Under the pieces are notes generated by a model, which was not told the origin of the DNA, did not search any database, and saw nothing but the letters and a program-made list of their open reading frames with translations. Both the position numbers and the translations under genes were made by a program. Below, one piece after another: positions 7,600 to 16,426 of a stretch of DNA of 64,000 nucleotides. Each line of letters starts with the position of its first letter. The stretch's first letter is position 1. Source of the DNA: Verrucomicrobiota bacterium (lineage in GTDB: Bacteria > Verrucomicrobiota > Verrucomicrobiia > Limisphaerales > VHCN01); contig VHCN01000011.1 in assembly GCA_016871675.1 (NCBI GenBank), positions 5,413 to 69,412 of the forward strand, in the 5' to 3' direction.

Positions 7600-8712
7600 T
7601 CACACCGAGAGGCTTCGCTCGCGTGCGACGACCTGCCAGCGCGTGTCGGCGCGGCCGTTGCGGATGACGACCGCCTGCGAGTGCAACGCGACGGTCGGGC
7701 AGATGTGCCATGGCTCGCCGTAAAGCACCGACCCGACCTTGAATTCGTCCGCCCGCGGGGTCTCGATCACGAGGTGTTCCTCGCTGTGCATCACGGCCTT
7801 GGCGTCGCTCAAGCCGAGCAACCGCACGCGCGGGTGCGGGTTCTCGGCGGCGATGGCTTTGTGGCCGAGGTCGAGGCAGAGCCGGTTCGGGCCGGGCTTG
7901 CTCACCACGCGGGTCAGCACCAAAGCGGCGACTTGAAAATCCATGTCGGGCAGCTTGATGCCGTAGCCCGCGTCCCAGAAGACGCACGTGCCGGGCCCGC
8001 ACTCGATGTCGCCCTCGCGTTTTGCGTGGATGGGAAACGTGGGTGTGCCGCCGGCGACGATGCGCGGCACCTGGATGTGCGCGCCTTCGAGCTGCGTCTT
8101 GAGTCCCTCGACGCCCTCGAAGGCCGCGTCGCACTTCGCCGTGCGTTCGGCGAGGTCCGCGATGCAAAGGTGGCCGTCGTAGGCGTGCAGTCCGCCCGCG
8201 CGCAGGCCGGGGAGTTTGGTGATGAGTTGGTAGAGTTCGAAGGCGCGCGGGCCGGGTTGGATGCCGGTGCGCTGCATGCCGGTGTCGAGGTCGAGCAGGA
8301 TTTCCAGGGTAAGGCTTGCGGCCTCGAAGGCTTTCGAAAGATTTCGCAGCGCCGCCTCGTCGTCGGCGATGGCGGCGAACCGTGTGCGCGGATGTTGTTT
8401 GATGAGCTGGATGAGGCGCCGGACGTTGGGGCCGAGGGGTTGATATGCCAACAGCACGTCGGGGACGCCGCCCTTCGCGACCATCTCTGCCTCGGCGATC
8501 GTCGCGCACTTGACCTTGGTGATGCCGGCCTCGGCTTGCAGTTTGATGACCTCCGGAAGCTTGTGGGTCTTGATATGCGGCCGAAGCCGGCGTGCGGTCC
8601 CGGCGATGGCGACCATGCGGCGGATGTTCTCCGCGATGCGGTCGGGATAAACCACGAGCGCGGGCGACGGGACATCGTCCACGTTGAGGATGCGGTGCCA
8701 GTCCTTGGTCAT
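7600..8712 (-). CDS. D-TA family PLP-dependent enzyme (D-threonine aldolase / D-serine dehydratase-like, alanine-racemase N-terminal fold)
   Basis: 370 aa. Has the RPHIKTHK PLP-lysine motif, and the overall pattern of DSD1/D-TA proteins. Confidence 0.85.
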   Translation of the reverse strand: MTKDWHRILNVDDVPSPALVVYPDRIAENIRRMVAIAGTARRLRPHIKTHKLPEVIKLQAEAGITKVKCATIAEAEMVAKGGVPDVLLAYQPLGPNVRRLIQLIKQHPRTRFAAIADDEAALRNLSKAFEAASLTLEILLDLDTGMQRTGIQPGPRAFELYQLITKLPGLRAGGLHAYDGHLCIADLAERTAKCDAAFEGVEGLKTQLEGAHIQVPRIVAGGTPTFPIHAKREGDIECGPGTCVFWDAGYGIKLPDMDFQVAALVLTRVVSKPGPNRLCLDLGHKAIAAENPHPRVRLLGLSDAKAVMHSEEHLVIETPRADEFKVGSVLYGEPWHICPTVALHSQAVVIRNGRADTRWQVVARERSLSV

Positions 8713-8720
8713 GGGAACGC

Positions 8721-9347
8721 TCAGCGCTCGATCTCGAAAATCGCCTCGATCTCGACGGCCACGTTTCCGGGCAGCGAGGCGACGCCGACCGCGCTTCGGG
8801 CGCCGAGACCGCGCTCCCTGCCGAAGACTTCGATGAGCAGCTCGCTGAAGCCGTTGATCACCTGCGGCTGGTCCTTGAAGCCGGCGGGGCTGTTCACCAT
8901 GCCGAGCACTTTCACCACGCGCCTGACGCGGTCGAGGCTCCCGAGTTCCTGCTTTAACGAGGCGAGCACGGCGAGGCCTACCTGTCGCGCGGCATCTTTG
9001 CCCTGGGCGACAGTGAGTTCCTCACTCACGCGGCCCGTGATGGCCTTGCCATCGGCACCGCGCGAAATGTGTCCGGACACGAATGCGAGGTTACCCGTGA
9101 TCACGACCGGCGTGAGCGTGGCGGAAGGTTTGTTCGCCTCGGGCAGCTTGAGGCCCAGTTCCAGCAGGCGGGCCTCGGCGGAAGGCGCCTCCGGCTTCGA
9201 TGCTGCCGAGGTCTTCGTTGTCGGCCGCGTGCTCGATGCGGTCCGGGTCTCGCGCGTCACATCCATGGAGATGCAGCCGCAAAATGCCAGGCTCAAGAGC
9301 ACCGCGGCGAAGTGAGTCCCATGCGGGGACGAGGACGACGTGTTCAC
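8721..9347 (-). CDS. RidA/YjgF family protein with N-terminal export/lipoprotein-like signal and a ~60-aa linker
   Basis: The C-terminal 150 aa are ~50% identical by eye to the neighbouring RidA (…VSGH…AARQVGLA…LGSLDRV…VINGFSEL…ARSAVGV…LPGNV.VE.E.IFE). N-terminus AAVLLSLAFCGC. Confidence 0.85.
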   Translation of the reverse strand: MNTSSSSPHGTHFAAVLLSLAFCGCISMDVTRETRTASSTRPTTKTSAASKPEAPSAEARLLELGLKLPEANKPSATLTPVVITGNLAFVSGHISRGADGKAITGRVSEELTVAQGKDAARQVGLAVLASLKQELGSLDRVRRVVKVLGMVNSPAGFKDQPQVINGFSELLIEVFGRERGLGARSAVGVASLPGNVAVEIEAIFEIER

Positions 9348-9353
9348 GCGGAT

Positions 9354-9818
9354 TCAGGCGTCGAGTTCAAAGATGCATTCGACCTCGACCGAGATGTTCC
9401 CCGGCAGCGGCCCCATGCCGACTGCGCTGCGCGCGCCGACGCCGGCATCCTCGCCGAAGACATCCCGCATGAGTTCGCTGAATCCATTGATGACCTTCGG
9501 GTGATCGTAGAAATCCGGCGCGGTGTTCACCATGCCGAGCGTTTTCACGAGGCGCTTCACGCGGTCGAGCGAGCCAAGTTCATTGCGAAGCGTGGCGAGG
9601 ATCGCAAGGCCGACCTGCCGCGCGGCGGCTTGTCCGCCGGCGAGGTCCACTTCCCTCCCGACAACGCCGGTCATCATCGATTTGTCGGGCTTGAGCGGGC
9701 CGTGGCCGGAGACGTAGCACATCGTGCCCACGATCACGACGGGCTTGTAAACCGCCACGGGCTTGGGCGCGGGTGGAAGTTGAAGTCGTAGTTCGCGCAG
9801 ACGGGCTTCGGCGCTCAT
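9354..9818 (-). CDS. RidA/YjgF family protein (cytoplasmic paralogue)
   Basis: 154 aa with no signal peptide. Tandem to 8721..9347. Confidence 0.85.
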   Translation of the reverse strand: MSAEARLRELRLQLPPAPKPVAVYKPVVIVGTMCYVSGHGPLKPDKSMMTGVVGREVDLAGGQAAARQVGLAILATLRNELGSLDRVKRLVKTLGMVNTAPDFYDHPKVINGFSELMRDVFGEDAGVGARSAVGMGPLPGNISVEVECIFELDA

Positions 9819-9907
9819 GTTGATCTTTGACGCGGCCTAACTGGAGGCGCGTGGGTGACAATCGTGTCGTAACATCAGCCGGGCAAGACTTTTCCATTGC
9901 GCGATGA

Positions 9908-10930
9908 ATGGCGCCTGCCAATAGTCCGTCCCTGTTCGTGGGCATTTCGCCATTCCCGCAGAGCCCCGCCTCCCCGATCATGAAATCGGACGACACACGG
10001 AAGAAAACTCCCAAGACCCCGGCCAAACCGGAGCCCGCTGCAAAGCGCCGCGCGGCCCAGCGCCGGTTGTTCAAGGCCTCGAAACCGCGCGCGCGCAAGC
10101 CGGTGATCGAAGTGCCGCGCCTTCTGCTCGAAGGCGATGAACCGGCGCGCCCGGTTTCCGCGAGCGGCCCCGGAACGCGATATTCGCTCGGCCCCTCGGC
10201 GCCGCCCGCGCACGCGGCGCGGCTTGATGAAACAGGCGAACTGCCCGAGTCCTACGGCACACACAAACTGCTGCTCACCGCGCGCGACCCGCACTGGCTC
10301 TACGCCCACTGGGATTTCCCTCGCGAGCACCTAGGACGGTTGAACGCGCTTTCCGCCGACGGTCACCTCGTGTTGCGCGTCTTCGCCGACCGCGTCGCGG
10401 GCGAACCGCTCGTGACGCAGCACGTGCATCCCGAGTCGCAAAGCTGGTTTGTGTTCGTCGGCCGCGGCGGCACGCGGTTCATCGCGGAACTCGGCTACCG
10501 CGACGCCGCGGGCACGTGGACCCCCGTGGCGACCTCACGCCCGGCGCTCACACCGCCCGATGCGATGAGTGGGGACACGACCGTCCGGTTCGCAAATCTC
10601 CCGGCAGCGGTTCCGTTCGACCAAATCCTCGGTGTCGTGAAGGCCGCCGTCTCCGCGCACGTCCCGCTGCTCGAAGCGCTCGAACAACTCCGGCCGGAGT
10701 TCCCGCAACTCCCGCCCGTCGAGGTCTTCGCCGCCCAATCCGCCTCGCACCCCGCGGCGCCGCCTGAGCTCACGCCCGCGCAGGAACAAGCGCTCGCCGA
10801 TGTGGTGACAATGGACGCCGTGCGCCGTGTGTGGGTCGGCTCCCTCGACATCACCGAGCTCGTGAAACGCAGGCTCGCCGACGAGACGCCGGGCGCGCTT
10901 TCGTCCGCCGCCGCCGCGAAGGTGGCGTGA
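9908..10930 (+). CDS. DUF4912-like protein (start uncertain: 9908 or ATG 9980)
   Basis: A basic Lys/Pro-rich N-terminus is followed by LLLTARDPHWLYAHWDF...LVLRVF...W.V.V, which I recall as the DUF4912 pattern. Confidence 0.6.
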   Translation: MAPANSPSLFVGISPFPQSPASPIMKSDDTRKKTPKTPAKPEPAAKRRAAQRRLFKASKPRARKPVIEVPRLLLEGDEPARPVSASGPGTRYSLGPSAPPAHAARLDETGELPESYGTHKLLLTARDPHWLYAHWDFPREHLGRLNALSADGHLVLRVFADRVAGEPLVTQHVHPESQSWFVFVGRGGTRFIAELGYRDAAGTWTPVATSRPALTPPDAMSGDTTVRFANLPAAVPFDQILGVVKAAVSAHVPLLEALEQLRPEFPQLPPVEVFAAQSASHPAAPPELTPAQEQALADVVTMDAVRRVWVGSLDITELVKRRLADETPGALSSAAAAKVA

Positions 10931-10962
10931 TGCTTGCGACGACGCGCGCGCCGGGTTAACGA

Positions 10963-11838
10963 TTGGCCATGCCGAATCCCGACCTGACGGACGCCGCGCT
11001 CGTGCTCGCAGGGCATGGCTCGACGCTGAACGCCGATTCGGCCGCGCCCACCTTTCAACACGCCGACGCATTGCGCCGGCGCGGCACGTTTGCCCAAGTG
11101 GTCGAGACCTTCTGGAAGCAGGAGCCGCATTGGGCCGGTGCGCTCCGCGGCGTGTTTGCATCTCGCGTCTTCATCGTGCCGCTGTTCATCAGCGAAGGCT
11201 ACTTCACCGAGGACGTGCTGCCGCGCGAGATGGGCTTTGCGCCTTCCACCGAGGCGGGATTTCCGCGCACGCGCCGGACTCCGACACAAACGATTCACTA
11301 CTGCGGCCCGGTCGGGACTCACGACACCATGACGGGCGTCATCCTCGCCCGCGCGCGCGAAGTCGTGGACGCGCATCCGTTTCCGCGGCGACCCGCGGAC
11401 CGCGACACGGCGCTGTTCGTCGCCGGGCATGGCACCGGCAACAACGAGAATTCACGCAAAGCCATCGAGCGGCAGGTCGGGCGTATCCGCGCACTCGGAC
11501 CATTCGCAGAGGTTCACGCCGTTTTCATGGAGGAGGAGCCGCGCATTGCCTCCTGCTGGCAGATGGCAGAGGCACGGAACCTCGTGGTGGTTCCCTTCTT
11601 CATCAGCGACGGGCTGCACAGCTACGAGGACATCCCGGTGCTGCTCGGCGAACCAGAGCGCGTCGTGAAGGAGCGGTTCAAGTCCGGCCAGCCCACATGG
11701 CGCAATCCGACCGGGCGCCACGGCAAGCTCCTGTGGTATGGCTCCAGTGTCGGCACCGAACCGCATATCGCTGACGTCATCCTCGAGCGCGTGCGCGAGG
11801 CAGCGGCTAATCCTCCGCCTTCGACTCTCGCCCGGTGA
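10963..11838 (+). CDS. CbiX/SirB-like two-domain chelatase
   Basis: Two repeats of the (L/F)VxAGHGS/T...VVPLFISEG / VVPFFISDG pattern. Confidence 0.7.
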   Translation: MAMPNPDLTDAALVLAGHGSTLNADSAAPTFQHADALRRRGTFAQVVETFWKQEPHWAGALRGVFASRVFIVPLFISEGYFTEDVLPREMGFAPSTEAGFPRTRRTPTQTIHYCGPVGTHDTMTGVILARAREVVDAHPFPRRPADRDTALFVAGHGTGNNENSRKAIERQVGRIRALGPFAEVHAVFMEEEPRIASCWQMAEARNLVVVPFFISDGLHSYEDIPVLLGEPERVVKERFKSGQPTWRNPTGRHGKLLWYGSSVGTEPHIADVILERVREAAANPPPSTLAR

Positions 11839-12787
11839 GGTCGCGCACGGCCTGCCGCACGTCCTTGCCCTCATGGAGCATCGCGTGGACTTCCTGCATG
11901 ATGGGGGTGTCGACACCGTGACGCCGCGCGAGTTCGCGGGCCGAGCGCGCGGTCGGATACCCCTCGGCAACCGCCGTCATGCTCGCAACGATGTCCTCGG
12001 CCTTCTCGCCGCGGCCGAGCCGTTCGCCGAAACCGCGGTTGCGGCTGAGCTTGGAGAAGCACGTCACCATCAGGTCACCCATCCCGCTCAAGCCGGAAAA
12101 CGTGTCCGCCTGGGCGCCGCAAGCCACGCCAAGCCGCCGCAGTTCCGCGATGGCCCGCGTGACGAGCGCCGCCTTCGAGTTGTCGCCGAAGCCCAGGCCG
12201 TCGCACACGCCCGCGCCGATGGCGATGACGTTCTTGAGCGCGCCGCCGAGCTCGACGCCGTGGACATCCGCGCTCGTGTAAACGCGAAAGGCCGGGCTGT
12301 GAAAGAGCGACTGCACGGTCTGCGCCGCCGCCTCGTCGGTGCTCGCCGCCACGATCGCCGTGGGCACGCCGCGCGCGACCTCCAGGGCCAGCGTGGGTCC
12401 GGACATCGCCACGACGCGCGCACGCGGCGCGTTCTCGCCGAGGATGTCCGTCATCGTCTTGCCCGTCCCGATCTCGATGCCCTTCGTGACGCTGACGACG
12501 ATGCCTCCGAATCCGCCAAGGGTTTGAGTGACGTTGCGGAAGCCCTTGGACACCGCGGCCACCACGACAAGTTCGGCATCGGAAACCGCGCGCGCGCCAT
12601 CCGGCTCGGCGCGCAGGCCGGGCGGCAGCTCGATGCCGGGCAGATAGCGTTCGTTGCGGCCCGTCGCGCGGATCGCCTCGACGGCGTCGGGAAAGAAATC
12701 CCAAAGCACGACGCGGTGTCCGCGCAGCGCGAGAATGCGGGCGAGCGCGGTTCCCCATGCGCCGGCACCGAGGACGGTGATGTTCAT
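11807..12787 (-). CDS. gpsA: NAD(P)H-dependent glycerol-3-phosphate dehydrogenase
   Basis: Internal ATG of the 551-aa ORF. MNITVLGAGAWGTALA...GALKNVIAIGAG... ATGA overlap with the plsY stop. Confidence 0.93.
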   Translation of the reverse strand: MNITVLGAGAWGTALARILALRGHRVVLWDFFPDAVEAIRATGRNERYLPGIELPPGLRAEPDGARAVSDAELVVVAAVSKGFRNVTQTLGGFGGIVVSVTKGIEIGTGKTMTDILGENAPRARVVAMSGPTLALEVARGVPTAIVAASTDEAAAQTVQSLFHSPAFRVYTSADVHGVELGGALKNVIAIGAGVCDGLGFGDNSKAALVTRAIAELRRLGVACGAQADTFSGLSGMGDLMVTCFSKLSRNRGFGERLGRGEKAEDIVASMTAVAEGYPTARSARELARRHGVDTPIMQEVHAMLHEGKDVRQAVRDLTGRESKAED

Positions 12788-13455
12788 TTCGACGGACCCG
12801 TTTGAGTGAAGCTGATTCGGCTCTCGGTTCCCGCGAGCAGGCGCTCGATGTTGGAGCGGTGCTTGTAAATCGCGAGCGCGCCCGCGGCGGTCGTGACCCA
12901 CTTGAGCAGCGCGCCCGCGTCGGAAAACCAAACCGCCGCCGGCAGAACCACGGATGCGGCGAGCGAAGCGACCGAGACAAACCGCGAGACCACAAACACC
13001 GCCACCCACGAGCCAAGCGCGATGCCCGCGGCGAGCGGCGCCAGCGCAAAGAACACGCCGGCGCTGGTCGCAATGCCCTTGCCCCCCTTGAAACCGAGCC
13101 AGCAGGTGTAGTTGTGGCCCAGGATCGCCGAGATGCCAGCGAGGATGGCCACCGCGTCCCGCGTCGAGGCCGGGGCGGAGCCACGGCCCGCGACGAATTC
13201 GAACACGAGGCCCGAAGCCCACGCGCTCGCGGCGCAACCCTTGAGCCCATCCACGAAGAGCACGAATGAACCTGCCGCCGCGCCAAGCACCCGGAACGCG
13301 TTCGTCGCGCCGATGTTGCCGCTGCCGACCGCGCGGATGTCCACGCCGCGCGCCTTCGCCACAAGAAATCCCGTCGGGATGGAACCGAGCAGATACGCGG
13401 CCACCAGAGTCACGATGAGGGCGAGCGGGTCCACGCGACGAAGGTAGGAGTTCAA
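12784..13455 (-). CDS. plsY: glycerol-3-phosphate acyltransferase PlsY
   Basis: AAYLLGSIPTGFLVAK...GSGNIGATNAFR...FKGGKGIAT. TTG start at 13455, with GTG 13434 as an alternative. Confidence 0.9.
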   Translation of the reverse strand: MNSYLRRVDPLALIVTLVAAYLLGSIPTGFLVAKARGVDIRAVGSGNIGATNAFRVLGAAAGSFVLFVDGLKGCAASAWASGLVFEFVAGRGSAPASTRDAVAILAGISAILGHNYTCWLGFKGGKGIATSAGVFFALAPLAAGIALGSWVAVFVVSRFVSVASLAASVVLPAAVWFSDAGALLKWVTTAAGALAIYKHRSNIERLLAGTESRISFTQTGPSK

Positions 13456-13477
13456 AGTTCAAAGTTCAAAGTTCAAA
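13450..13477 (-). repeat. (TTTGAAC)x4 perfect tandem heptamer array containing the plsY TTG start
   Basis: The plus strand reads GTTCAAA x4, read directly. Confidence 0.8.
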
Positions 13478-13546
13478 GTTTGCCGGTCCCGCGCGGTCAG
13501 CCGACTGCGGACTTGCAATCATCCGGCGGGCGCGTTTCATCGGCGC

Positions 13547-13876
13547 ATGTTTCCCATCACCGTGCTGGCTGGCGACAAGCCGTGGATGCCGGGGCCGTAT
13601 CCGGGCGTCGAGTTGTGCGTGCTCCACAAGAACGAGGCGACGGGTGGGTTGACGGTGCTTCGCAAATTCCACGCCGGCGCGGAAATTCCGGCGCACACGC
13701 ACCCGCTCGCGAATGAGTGGGCCTACGTTCTCACGGGCGAGTGGGAAGAATCCGGCGCGGTGTATTCGAGCGGCACGTTGTTCCACGCGCCGAAGGGGGT
13801 GAAGCACGGACCGCACCTCGCCCGCACGGAAGTGGTGAGCCTGACCGTCTTTGACGGACCGCTGACGCTCGCCTGA
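13547..13876 (+). CDS. cupin domain protein
   Basis: 109 aa. G.EIPAHTHP...E...VL.G....G........H.P.G..HGP is a cupin metal-site pattern. Confidence 0.65.
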   Translation: MFPITVLAGDKPWMPGPYPGVELCVLHKNEATGGLTVLRKFHAGAEIPAHTHPLANEWAYVLTGEWEESGAVYSSGTLFHAPKGVKHGPHLARTEVVSLTVFDGPLTLA

Positions 13877-13881
13877 GCGTT

Positions 13882-15180
13882 TCAGTTCAGGACAATGCCC
13901 TTGCGGACGTAGGTCGGGAAGTCGAGGTCCTCGCCGTTGCGAAGGGTCGGCTCGCTTTTCTCGAAGCGCCCCTTTGAGACGATTTCCAGCGGCAGTGCGA
14001 TCTGCTGCGGCTTGCCAGGCTTGCCTTTGGCCCGCTTTGTCCCCGTGCCGGTGAGCGCCGCGACTTGCTCGGGCGTGGACTCGGGCGCGGGCGGCACGGT
14101 CCGCACGGGCGGACGCACGGATGTGGTCGGCTCGAGGATGGACGAGAAGTCCTCGGCCGGCGGATGCGCCCTAGCCGGGGAAGGCGCTCCCGGGGATTCA
14201 CGGTTTTGCGGGGCCACGCGCGAGGCGACGACTGTGATGCACAGTTTGTCCGCAAGGGAATCGTCCACGGCGGCGCCGAGGACGAGATGCACGCCGTCGC
14301 ACTGGCGGTTGATCTGATCCATCACGCGGTTGATCTCGGCCATGGTGAGGCCGGGACCGCCGACGATGCTCACGAGCAGCGCGTCCGCGTTGGTGAGGAG
14401 CTCGCCGCCTTCGAGCAGCGGATTCGCCATGAGGCGCTCGAACACCTCGCGGGCGCGGTTCGGCCCCGCGGCGCTGGCCGTGGCAAACCGGCACAACGCG
14501 TGCCGCCGCCGCAGCACGGAGCACAGGTCGCTGAAATCGATGTTGATCAACCCCGGCCGCGTCAGCATCCGCCAGATGCCGCTCACGCCGTCGGCGAGCA
14601 GGCCGTTGGTCGTTCGGAACATTTCCATCACAGACGTTTGGTCGTCCAGGAGCCGTTGCGCCGTCTCGTTCGGCATGCAGATGACCCCGTCGCAGGCGAG
14701 CATCAACTGCTCGAGCCCGTGCTGCGCGATGTGCCGGCGGCGGCCGCCCTCGCATTCAAACGGCAGCGTGACGACGGCGAGCACGAGCGCGTTGGTCTCC
14801 TTCGCGGCGCGGGCGAGGACTGGGCTCGCACCCGTGCCCGTGCCTCCGCCGAGCCCGGTGGCAATGAAGACCAAGTCCGAGCCCTGAATCAGTTCGTGAA
14901 ACTTCGGCAGCGACTCCTCCGCCGCCGCGCGTCCCCGCTCCGGGTCGCCACCCGCGCCGAGTCCTCGGGTGACCTTCACCCCGAGCGGGAGTTTCAGGGG
15001 CGCGTTCGAGCGGGACAGGGCGAGCGCGTCGGTGTTCAGCGCGGCGAATCTGACCGATTCAAGTCCGGCGCCGAGCAACGGCTCGAGGGCGTTGCATCCG
15101 GCGCTGCCGACGCCGAGGACCGAGACAGCGAGAGCGCGTTGGGCCGGCGGATTCGAGGTGAGTGGGGATTCCGGGTTCAT
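13882..15180 (-). CDS. ftsZ: cell division protein FtsZ
   Basis: GLGGGTGTGASPV tubulin signature, LGAGGDPERG, and a C-terminal DLDFPTYVRKG peptide. ATG 15180 was chosen because the 15246 start would overlap ftsA by 47 nt. Confidence 0.93.
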   Translation of the reverse strand: MNPESPLTSNPPAQRALAVSVLGVGSAGCNALEPLLGAGLESVRFAALNTDALALSRSNAPLKLPLGVKVTRGLGAGGDPERGRAAAEESLPKFHELIQGSDLVFIATGLGGGTGTGASPVLARAAKETNALVLAVVTLPFECEGGRRRHIAQHGLEQLMLACDGVICMPNETAQRLLDDQTSVMEMFRTTNGLLADGVSGIWRMLTRPGLINIDFSDLCSVLRRRHALCRFATASAAGPNRAREVFERLMANPLLEGGELLTNADALLVSIVGGPGLTMAEINRVMDQINRQCDGVHLVLGAAVDDSLADKLCITVVASRVAPQNRESPGAPSPARAHPPAEDFSSILEPTTSVRPPVRTVPPAPESTPEQVAALTGTGTKRAKGKPGKPQQIALPLEIVSKGRFEKSEPTLRNGEDLDFPTYVRKGIVLN

Positions 15181-15199
15181 GGATGGGATGAATTGCGGG

Positions 15200-16426
15200 T
15201 CAACGACCGAGCAGCGCGCCGAATGTTTCGCCGAAGACTCGGACAAACCAGCCGCCGGGCTCGGCCCGCTGCGCTTGCATCGAGCCGTATTTCACGAGCC
15301 CGATGGCCGTGGTGAACTCGGGCGCATCGAGCACGGTCTTCACGCCATTGACGGTGTGCGTGTGCCGCGGCGAGACGCGCACCTGGAAAACCCGCTCGGC
15401 GAGTTCGTGGATGCGCGGGATGTGCGCGCCGCCGCCGACCAGCACGACGCCCGCGCCGAGGTGATCGAGCAGCCGCTCCTTGTCCAATTCCGCCGCGATG
15501 AGTTGGAACGTTTCCTCGAGCCGCGCAGACATCACGCGCTGGAGATGTTCGACATGGATGTCGCGTCCCGCATGGCCGGACTCGCTCGTGAGGGCGATCG
15601 TTTTGCCCCGGGCCGACGGCTCCACGACGGCGCAGCCGTGCGCGAGCTTGAGCGCCTCGGCGCGCGCCTGCGGGACCTTCAGCCCGTAGGCGAGGTCGTT
15701 CGTGACGTGGTCGCCACCCACTGCGAGCACGCCGAGGTGGCGGACGACTCCTTGCGAATAGACGACGAATTCCGTCGTCCCCGCGCCAAGGTCAAGCACC
15801 ACGGCGCCGCTGTCCTTCTGCTCGATGTCGAGCGCGGAAAGGGCGGAGGCGAGCCCGTTGAAGACCGGCGCGCCCTGCAACTGGATTTGCATCCCCTCGA
15901 GCACGTTCACGGGATTCTGCAGCCGGTTGTAATGCGCGTGCACCACGTGCATGTCCACTTCGAGCTTCGCGCCGACCATGTCCACGGGCGACACGATGCC
16001 GTGCTGCCCATCCACGGTGAAATGCTGGCGGATCGTGTGCAGGACGCAGTGCTCGGCGGGAAGGCCGGTGGCCTTCGCGTTCTTCACCACGTCCAGCACG
16101 TCGTCCGCGCAGATGAGCCGGTCGGCGCTGACGATGGGATGCTGGCCGTGGTTGTTGAAGCCATGGATGTGCGCCCCGGTGACGCCAAGCACCACGGAGC
16201 GGATCTCGACGTCGGCGTGTTCCTCGGCCTGCGACAGCGCGGCGCGGATGTCCGCGGCGGCGGCGGCCGAGTCAACGATCTCGCCCTTGCGCACGCCGGT
16301 GGACGGGTGCTGGCCGACGCCGATGATGTTGACGACGTTGTCGTCCGAAACCTCGCCGACCACGGCGCAGATTTTCGAGGTGCCGATCTCGAGGCCGACG
16401 AGGACTGAGGGTGAGGAATCAAACAT
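15200..16426 (-). CDS. ftsA: cell division protein FtsA
   Basis: MFDSSPSVLVGLEIGTSKICAVVGE... is the actin-like ATPase pattern. 8-nt overlap with the ftsQ stop. Confidence 0.93.
   Translation of the reverse strand: MFDSSPSVLVGLEIGTSKICAVVGEVSDDNVVNIIGVGQHPSTGVRKGEIVDSAAAAADIRAALSQAEEHADVEIRSVVLGVTGAHIHGFNNHGQHPIVSADRLICADDVLDVVKNAKATGLPAEHCVLHTIRQHFTVDGQHGIVSPVDMVGAKLEVDMHVVHAHYNRLQNPVNVLEGMQIQLQGAPVFNGLASALSALDIEQKDSGAVVLDLGAGTTEFVVYSQGVVRHLGVLAVGGDHVTNDLAYGLKVPQARAEALKLAHGCAVVEPSARGKTIALTSESGHAGRDIHVEHLQRVMSARLEETFQLIAAELDKERLLDHLGAGVVLVGGGAHIPRIHELAERVFQVRVSPRHTHTVNGVKTVLDAPEFTTAIGLVKYGSMQAQRAEPGGWFVRVFGETFGALLGR

Noticed and set aside
15181-15246. Longer FtsZ start (ATG 15246) given by the ORF track
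   Set aside because: It would overlap ftsA by 47 nt and add an unconserved 22-aa leader. ATG 15180 leaves a 19-nt gap and begins just before the conserved core.
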